A stretch of DNA of 64,000 nucleotides, from positions 6,386,001 to 6,450,000 of the forward strand of contig OZ059898.1 of the NCBI GenBank assembly GCA_964057225.1. The letters are read 5' to 3'. A program made the translations under genes and the position numbers. The notes beneath the pieces were generated by a model, which saw only the letters and a program-made list of their open reading frames with translations, made no database searches and was not told the DNA's origin. Of this stretch, positions 54,853-64,000 are shown piece by piece (the first letter of the stretch is position 1; the number at the start of each line of letters is the position of its first letter). The DNA is from Auanema rhodensis (lineage: Eukaryota; Animalia; Nematoda).

Positions 54853-56616
54853 AAAAAGACATTGTGATCTAACGTATCCAGAAGAAGTATGAGCTCCTCG
54901 TCTCAAAAGCATAATCAATTGGTTTCAAATCCTATATGTTGGAATAGAATACTAAAATCAATATAGATATATATGAAAAAAATATCTGATTTATTAGTTA
55001 AATACATCTATATTGTATGTAGTATAATTACAATATATTGGTCAATCTATAGTCATTGGCCTAGTCCGATACTCGTCAAATGTTTTTTCAACTTTCTCCC
55101 CTCTCCCTTTCCCCTTTAACTCTCTGTCCCTCTTATATCTCCAAACTTTAAAGCTTGTTACGTTTTTTTTCTTTAATTGATAATATAAGTAATAATAATA
55201 ATTTATTATTGTTTATTATTCAAATTATTTATTTTAAAACAAATTATTTTTGAATTTGTTTTAATTATTTTATTCACAATATAATTATATATTGTAATAT
55301 TTAAAATATGTTCATCTCATTTGTTTATTCTTTTTCTAAGTTTTTTTTCTTTTTCTCTGACGCTTAGCTGGTCTCAAATATGTATGAAAGTTGTTAATCC
55401 ATATACGGATATAACTTTTATTTGTTTCTAATTAATTTATTAATTAGTATCAATAAACATCCGTCTGATTGCCCTCCCCTTCCCTTCCTTTCCTCTCTCC
55501 CCCCCCCCCACCTTCCTTCAATGTTTTATTAATTTTCTTCGTCTATACTATGGTTGTTGTCAGAGCTCTATTCGAATTTCATACTAATATTCATTAGTTA
55601 CTGACATAACCTCTTCAGGAACTGTTCCTAAATCTACAATTCTTTCCATGAAAACCCACGAAAAACCTCTTCCATTCGGTTATTTGCATTTCTTTCGACT
55701 TTGCGCATTCAATTGCTTTAATCATCTTGCCGCCATATAGTAGAAGAAAATAACAAGAAACATTTCTCAAATAGTCTTTTTCTTTGGTTTAATTAACTAT
55801 AAAATATTATAAAATTATAATTTTATATCATATAATAATATTATATTTAAATATTATGTATGTGGATATCGGCTTCATGTAAACTAGTATTAGTTTTTTC
55901 TTTTTACTACTTTTACTATTGTATTTTCATTTTGGGCTTTAATCTTTTTTTCATTTTCTTTGTTTTTAACATTTTTTGAAATAAATTTCAAAATCTCACA
56001 CAGTTAACCTTATTTTCATTTGAAAAACTCTATAGAAGCCGTTCCTCATACAAGCCCAAACTCATTCGTATCCAGCAAATTTCTCTTCGTTCTTCGATGT
56101 TTGCAATACACCGATTAGTCCTGCCCTCCTGTGATTATATGTTCTTGTCTATATAATATATAATATATTTATTTATATCTTTATTTTTCTCATCTAAATA
56201 ATGAAGGGCCATTGATATAAATTCAGGCTTATTTCAATGAAAATAGTTCGTTTGTTTCCTTTATGTTTTGGCCCAACCCCTCCCCTCACTCCCCCCCTCT
56301 CCAACTCAATTTCTTAATTTTAAAAATTTTTTTTATTATATTATAATAATCTTATTTTCTCCCTATATAATAGCTTATTACTCTTATTAAATAGAGTTCA
56401 CACGTGCCTGCTCCTCAAGTTTGTTCTCTAATTTTCAATTTTTTTTGTGTAAAAGTTATAATTCTGTATGAATTTTATATTTGAGTTGAATAAGTCTAAA
56501 TCAAGCTCTAATAAAGATTTAAAATCATTATGTATATTTAATATTATAAATAAAAATATTATAAAGAACTTAAATAAGAACAAAGTATATAGAATAACAG
56601 GTTAATAATGAAATTA

Positions 56617-56733
56617 TTAGGTTCTTCGCAAAAATTTCTGGCCATCCGCATTTAAAGTTGAATAAAAGTTTTAAAATTATTAGGAGGGTGCACGTGAGTC
56701 CGAGGAGGGTCATGAACACTTGGGAACACCTAA
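56617..56733. mobile_element. Degenerate MITE related to the 4077-4289 element
   Basis: TTAGGTTCTTCGCAAAAATTTCTGGCCATCCGCATTTAAAGTTGAATAAA closely matches the reverse complement of the first element's right end. It ends ...GAACACCTAA, with TA on both flanks. Confidence 0.75.
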
Positions 56734-56884
56734 TATATAATATCCTCATTTGCTTATAATATTATAATATTATAAATTTAATTTTTTTTTCAAATTAAAG
56801 AAAAGACGTCTTATACAAAAAAAAGTTTATTTCAAATAGGTATATAGTATATAGTATATAGTATATAAGCATTGTAGCATATAA

Positions 56885-56923
56885 ATTCACTTAGCAACCA
56901 TTGCCTAGGGTCACCTTGGAAAG
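56885..56923. promoter_or_regulatory. Cluster of X-box-like (RFX/DAF-19) sites upstream of klp-6
   Basis: ATTCACTTAGCAAC, ATTGCCTAGGGTCAC and GTCACCTTGGAAAG, each about one mismatch from an X-box consensus, 120-160 bp upstream of the ATG. Confidence 0.5.
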
Positions 56924-57044
56924 GTTATACATGTTTTCTCTCTCTCCCCCACGAAAAATACATACTTTAGATTCATACGTCTTATACATTTTCAACATAT
57001 TTTCAATAATATTTTTTTGTTATATTATCTCTGTGGAATAGAAG

Positions 57045-60000
57045 ATGGGCAAATCCGACGGTGATAGTCTAGTTGTTGCTGTTCGAGTTCGCCCGTTCAA
57101 TGATCGAGAAAAAGCACGAAAAGCTCAACTTGTCATTGAAATGCTTGATGATGGAAAAACAACAGTTATAAGGTGAAAATATATATGTATATGTATATAT
57201 GTGGAATTTGTGAAAATTTTATAAAAATACTATAAGATTATGAGACTATAAGACTATGAAATTATCTAAATATTATATGTAAAAATAAAAAATATTTTAA
57301 ATATAATATAAAATATAAAATAAATTATATGTTATAGAGATCCAAATAATCTTTCTGATACTAAACAATTTACTTTTGATTATTCATATTGGTCACATAA
57401 TGGTTTTACAAAGAATTCAAATGGATATCTTTCTCCTTCAGATGATAAGTATGCTGATCAGGTATATCATAATGATATTAATTACTTTCTTCTTTATATA
57501 ATTTATTATTAAAATACATATAATATATATATTTATTTATTTATATGTTTAGCGTCGAGTATTTGATGATTTGGGACGTGGTGTTTTGAATAATGCTTGG
57601 GCAGGTTATAACTGCTCCCTTTTTGCTTATGGCCAAACGGGTAGTGGAAAAAGTTATTCAATTGTGGGATTTAAAGGAAATAAAGGTTTAAAATATAATA
57701 TTTTAAATAATAAAAATTATTATTATTATTTATAGGAATTGTACCAATAGTATGTGAAGAATTATTTAAACGAATAGAAAGTAATAAAGAAAATCATAAA
57801 AATACAAAATTAAATGTTCAATATGAAGTATTTATATCAATGTTTGAAATTTATTGTGAAAAAGTAAGTGAAATTATTAAAAATTATTTCAAAATTAATT
57901 TTTATTTCTTAAGGTTCGTGATTTATTATCAACGAAAGAACCACCTAAAGGAGGATTAAAGATTCGTGAACATCCTAAAACAGGCTTTTATGGTTTATTT
58001 TATTTTATTTATACTATATATGAATATATATATAATTATTTATTATAATTATAGTTGAAAACTTATCAAGTTCACCTGTGAGCAGTTATGAAGAAATTGA
58101 AGCAAAAATTGAACAAGGAACTAAAAATCGTACAATAGCAGCTACAAATATGAATGCTACTAGTAGCAGGTTAAGAATTATTATAAAAATATATAAAAAT
58201 TAATTAATTTAGAGCACATACTATTGTAAAAATTCAATTTAATCAAAAATTACCAAAATCTGATGGCAAAACAACAACCAAAAAGTCGGAAATTAATTTA
58301 GTTGATTTGGCTGGAAGGTAATGTGTCTTTTTCTTTTTTTTTTTAAATAAAATTTATAAAAATTTTAGTGAAAGACAAAGAGATGCTGGATCAGAAGGAG
58401 ATAGACTCAAAGAAGGAATAGTAATCAATCAATCATTATCAACTTTAGGTCGAGTAATTAAAGCTTTACATGAACAACAAAGTAATAAAGGAAAAAAGAA
58501 AATTCAAGTATAACATTCATGTTTCTTATAGAATTTCTCAATTTCTTTTCAGATTCCATATAGAGATTCAGTTTTAACTTGTTTATTAAAGAATGCTTTA
58601 GGTGGAAATAGTAAAACAATAATGGTAATATTATTATATTTATACTATATACATATAGTTATAACAATTAATATATTCTGAATAGATTGCTGCTATATCA
58701 CCTGCAGATATTAATTATGAAGAATCTTTATCAACATTACGGTAATATCTTTGTTTCAATTTTCTATTTTTAAATTTTCATTTTCAGATTTGCTGATCGA
58801 GCCAAATCAATTAAGACAAATGCTGTTGTTAATGAGAATCAAACAGATCGTTTGATTCGAGAACTAAAAGAAGAAAATGCTCGATTACAAGATGCCATGA
58901 AAGGAAATATTGGATCTTCGAATACGGTATATCATGAAGAAATATTTATATATTATGCATAACTATGTATGTATGTATTTAATTATTATAGGAAGAATTA
59001 GACAGTTTACGGCGACAGTTAGAACAAAATGTCCGAGAAATGGCTGAATTAGAGAAAACATGGCAACAGAAAATTGCAGAAGAAGCTGCAAAAGTATTTT
59101 TAGACTTATTTTCTATTTTCCTATATAAATTTATATATACATATATGTATATAAACATGTATTACAGAATAATACATCAGCTGAACGGGCAGCAATTGTG
59201 AAACGAAAACAAACTACACCGTATTTTTGGAATTTGAACGAAGATCCAGCATTAACTGATGTCATAGTTCATTTTATACCAGAAGGAGATGTTACTATAG
59301 GTTTTATCTGATTTGTTTCATTTGTTTTAGTGAAGATAATACTTTTTAAGGAAATAAGAGTGCTGTTCCAACACCATCAATTCAATTGAATGGATTATCC
59401 ATCTTAGCTCAACATGCAACTGTATCGAACAAAAAAAACTCAAAGATTATAGTTAAACCACTTGAGGTAAATATAGTTATCGTCATCTACAATGTATAAT
59501 TATTTGATATAGTTAACTCATTCCCATATATTTAGTATAGTTTATTTCAAATTATTTATTTAACTGATACGGTTGTATTTAATTGTATTTATAGTCTGCA
59601 GATTTACTTATAAATGGAAGAAAAGTTCATGGTGAACAAGAACTTCAACAGAATGATAGGTATAATTAGTATAATTATACTAATTATTATTATATATTAG
59701 AATACTTTTTGGTGGAAATCATTTATATGTATTTCATAATCCATCAAAAAAAGGAATAAATAGTGATATAACATATGAAATTGCACAAAAAGAAATAACT
59801 CAACATTCTGGTATAGGATTATCATCTGATGGTCGAAGCAAGGGTATCAACTAACTATTAGAAAATCAATATTTCTTTTAAAAATCTCAAACTTTCAGCT
59901 GATTTGATCTTAGAAGAAGAATTAGTATCAACAATGCCATTAGTATATCGAGCTAACGCTATGGCTAAAGAAATGAAACGAAATGTTACTTTTGAAATTG

Positions 60001-61366
60001 TTCTTGTATCCGCTCAAATGAGAGGATTAGATGATGGATTGACTGAGGTTTAATTTTCTGATTTTTAAATATAATTATAATATTATATAGTATAAATAAT
60101 ATATATAATAAATATATAATACATATTAAATACTTTAAATGTTCCAGATTTGGATTAAGGTTCATAATCAAATTGATGATACACAATTTCTTTGGGAAAA
60201 ATCTCGATTCATCAATCGTTATTATGGTATGCAAGAAATGTATGAATTTATGGTTGATGGAGAAGAATGGAATATGGAAAAGGTTTTAAGAATTATTTTT
60301 CTTTCATTTAGTCGTTGTTGTTATTTTGAATTCAGGAACGTGATCCATTCTATGAGCCACCAGATTCATTAGCATTCATTGGATCGTCTGTTGTTTTTCT
60401 TCAATCATTGGCATATTTGATTGATTCACAAGAAACATTTCCAATTGTAGATTTTTCTGGTTATTAATTATATATTTATATATATAATTATAATATTTAT
60501 ATGATATAGGTAATGAAATGGGTCAATTAAATGTATCACTTACACCTTGTTCAATTGCTGGTAAAGAAATTCAAGGAGAATATGTTGAAGATCCTCAAAT
60601 GCTGGTTGTTTTCATTAATATACATATAATCATTTGTTTATTTGTTTATTAGATAGGAAAAAACTATGGATTTCAAATTAATATAGTTGCTGCATTTGGC
60701 TTACCACGACGCATAGTTAGAGTAAGTATAATTATAAAATAATCTTTTATACTTATATTCTTAGAGCAAATGTCGTTATCGTTTTTTTGGAGCCAAAGAA
60801 ACTGAAACAGTTTCAGCTGCAGGAAATAGTCCAGCATATGGACACAGACAACTATTCACATATAAACCTATAACTAAAGAAGTTTATAACCATATATATA
60901 TATAATTTAAAATATTTATTATAGTTAGTAGATTATCTACAATATTCAAATCTTTATATCACTGTTTGGGGTAGTCAAAGATCTAGAAATCGATCATCAT
61001 CCATAACTACTTCAATGCCATCCACAAAAACTACATCATCTAAAACAAATGGAAATACAGTTTGTTCTGAATGTAAAAACTTTCAAAAAAAATTATTATT
61101 TTTAGAAAAAAATCAAACGTCTTGTTTCTGAAGTAAAAAATTCAAATGGTAAAGCTATCTCAGTTAAGGCAATAGAAACAGCTTTGAATGACACATCACC
61201 TGAACCTATAAAGTGAATATTAATTATATTTTACATATAATATAATATATTTAGAAAAGAAAAAGTTATAAAGAAGAAATCAAAAACTATTCAAAGTAAA
61301 GGAACACGAGAACGAAGTACAAGCAAGAAGCCAGTTCATAAACTAAAAACTTCAAAAGCACATTAA
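57045..61366 (+). CDS. klp-6: Kinesin-3 family motor (KLP-6/KIF28-like) with FHA domain, >20 exons
   Basis: [23 protein letters not shown]; [10 protein letters not shown]; [10 protein letters not shown] (P-loop); MNATSSRAH; [10 protein letters not shown]; IPYRDSVLT; FHA-region WNLNEDPAL and [12 protein letters not shown]; Lys-rich tail. Confidence 0.95.
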
Positions 61367-63105
61367 CTTTTTTCTTTTAAAATTATAATTTAAAATATAA
61401 ATAAATTGTTTTTATTGTTATTTTTAAATTCGAATTGATATATCATTCATTGCTCATTGTCCAATATTAGTTAGTAAATGAAAGAAGAAGAAAAAAAGAG
61501 TTAATTAATATTAGTTCTTAATGCATTTGGCTAACAAAGACACAATTTGTGATGAATGTGCCAAATAATAGCAAAAAAGAACCATTATATAAAGAATACT
61601 TACTTTACTAATTACTAATTGAACTAAAAAAATACTTTATAACAATATTACTGAAAAAAAAATATATGATTAGGATCCATTTAAAATTAGTTAGATACAG
61701 TTTAATTATTTTTTGATATTTAAATAATTATATATCTAATATAAATTTATTTACTAAATATATAGTTAACTATATATATATAATATATATAACCCTCTCT
61801 CTCTCTCTTTTCCTCCAATATATACATAGTAAAGATGTCTGATAAATGTATTTGAATGACTTATATAGGATTAAAAGTTTAACACACAAATGTGACCTTC
61901 TATTTGAAAATTCTTAAGATGAAGTATGAGTACATAATATATAATATGTCTGTTTCTCTATGTTTATATGATAGTGAAAATATTTTTTTTTTAAATTGGA
62001 GGTCATTCGCAACAGAATGAAACTTTTTTTTGCAACAATGAAGTTAGTTTTCCGGATAATATCGTCGGGAATTGGGGAAGAAGATAGTAGTTGGCTTGTT
62101 CCGATCAGCAAAATCAAATTTGTCGATCATATTATCTTAATTTGGTAATTTATGGAACATTTTTACTCAATTTTATAAAAAGAATTGTGATTTCTATTTA
62201 ATAAAATGATCTAATTGATAGATAAAACTATATATAATAATATATATATATTAACTATATCATATAATAATGAAAATAACTAATATAAGACATAATTTAT
62301 TCAATATATAAACTTCATTCACTTCTTTAACAGGTAATTTCAGAAGTTAAGAATGTCTTATCCGATTTTTTTCAAAAAAAAAATTATATAACATCAGTTG
62401 AAATCAACAAGCTTGGTAATGGTTGTTGTTTGGGATGAGAGAGATAGCTCACTTGCAGACCAAAAGTTTCGAAAAGTCAAATTGCCTCAAGCAATTACCG
62501 TGTGGACTTTAATTGAAAATGAGCCTTCCTAACCAAATGGAAAGCTTACATAACGTGACGAAGAACTGAGCAACTCATATCTTTGGCTATCTCTCTCTTT
62601 CTCTCTCTATGTTTGCGAAGGTTTTTTTCAAGCTGTGAGACCCACCTTAGCCTTATTATCATTGAATAACTTATTTTTAAATATTTTTATAAATAACTAT
62701 AAACAATTGTTTTACTATATAGTTTTCATAAAAATATTTTTTAAATTCTTAACGATAATCTTTCTTTTCTCATTTTTTCTGTAAAAGCATGAACATAAGA
62801 TTATACTTTTTTTCTGCGAAAAACATAGCTACTGTGTTGTGATGTTTTTCCCACATTTTTTTTTATTTAAATAGCCAAAAATAGTAAAAAAAGGTTGAAA
62901 TAAATGAAAAAAAAAATAAAAAAATATATTTGTTAGATGTGTAGTATAAAAAAATGTCATTTAGTTATATTGTACTAGTAGTTTAGTTTAATAGCTACAT
63001 ATAAACGTCATAAAATCATCATTTTTCTTTAAATTTTAAATATAATTTTTGTATTTATTATATATTATTATTATTATTATATTATAGATGAAAATATAGG
63101 CATTC

Positions 63106-63217
63106 ATGTTAGCTGGAAATAAAGCTTTCGGATATCGTCCGTTAACACATCGATCACAATCTCGGAAATCTGTGAAACGCAGAAAACAACGAGTAGAAGG
63201 ATATGTACTTACAACAG
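63106..63217 (+). CDS. Probable first coding exon of a gene extending beyond the window (MLAGNKAFGYRPLTHRSQSRKSVKRRKQRVEGYVLTT)
   Basis: TAG acceptor at ~63087 after an AT-rich intron-like tract, an open basic ORF, and a CAG|GTATCT donor. Product not recognised. Confidence 0.45.
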
Positions 63218-64000
63218 GTATCTATTATCCATTTCTTTATCATTTTTTAAAGAAATAATCTGTTAAATTTCTTTTTTTCTTTATTTTACTTGTTACTTCA
63301 TGATGTTTCAGTACTATATACTGCCTAACACATAACGTTGATTAATGCTTGATGGTCCTATGGGGCCCACATTAAACTTTTAGTCAGCAACAAATGATGA
63401 GGAAAAAATGCCTAAAAAAGGCAATGAACATGTGTAGAAAAGACTATCAGAGAGTTACTCTTTCCTCTTTTTCCGTCTTCTCCTTCTTCTTCAAGTCCTT
63501 CCCATCATTGTCATTTCCGAGGCTGTGACAAATAGCTCCCGAGACTGAGGCCACACCCCTTTTCCCCTCAGGGCTTGTAAGGGCTCGATTTGCCCCTTCA
63601 TGCTTGAAGTGGTTCGCAATTGTTTTAACTTACATTTCATGATTCTTAACTATATCATTCATGACAAAAGCTCAAACGTTTTTCCGCTGATTTTTTGACT
63701 TTCGTGTTCAATTTAGAAAATTTTTTTTTCGTTTAAATCGAGTAAAACAACAATGAATATCTCTTACCAAAATCTTTACAACCACAGTCTCTCTATCGTT
63801 CTCTCTCTATATCATTCTGTCTCTCTATAATTTTCTCTCTTTATCTCTCAAAAAGTTATAATCATACTATATATTCAATTTGATAATTTTTTTTTCTTAT
63901 ATTCTTTACTTTCTTCCCTATCTATAGTATACATATAGGCATATGATGTGTATCTTGTCTACCTTGCTTATGACTTTCAAATAATATTAAGTGACATCAA

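Overview
AT-rich nematode (rhabditid-like) genomic DNA with many short introns. Minus-strand genes in the left third: hpd-1 (HPPD), a cyk-1/Diaphanous formin with a probable alternative first exon, a Sulfotransfer_2 gene, an SLC22-like MFS transporter and an F-box gene. Plus-strand genes on the right: a domesticated hAT-transposase-derived BED-finger gene (probably gei-13-like), kinesin-3 klp-6, and the first exon of another gene. Two related mariner-type MITEs are present. The most striking feature is the ~29 kb gene-free region upstream of the BED gene, together with that gene's long intron. It is built from ~70-350 nt GC-richer islands separated by almost pure A/T spacers. Nearly every island examined contains nested 8-16 bp complementary segments, multiway junctions, candidate pseudoknots or switches, and G-U wobbles readable on the + strand. 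This suggests a very large array of structured RNA domains. All pairings were found by eye and need folding and shuffle statistics.
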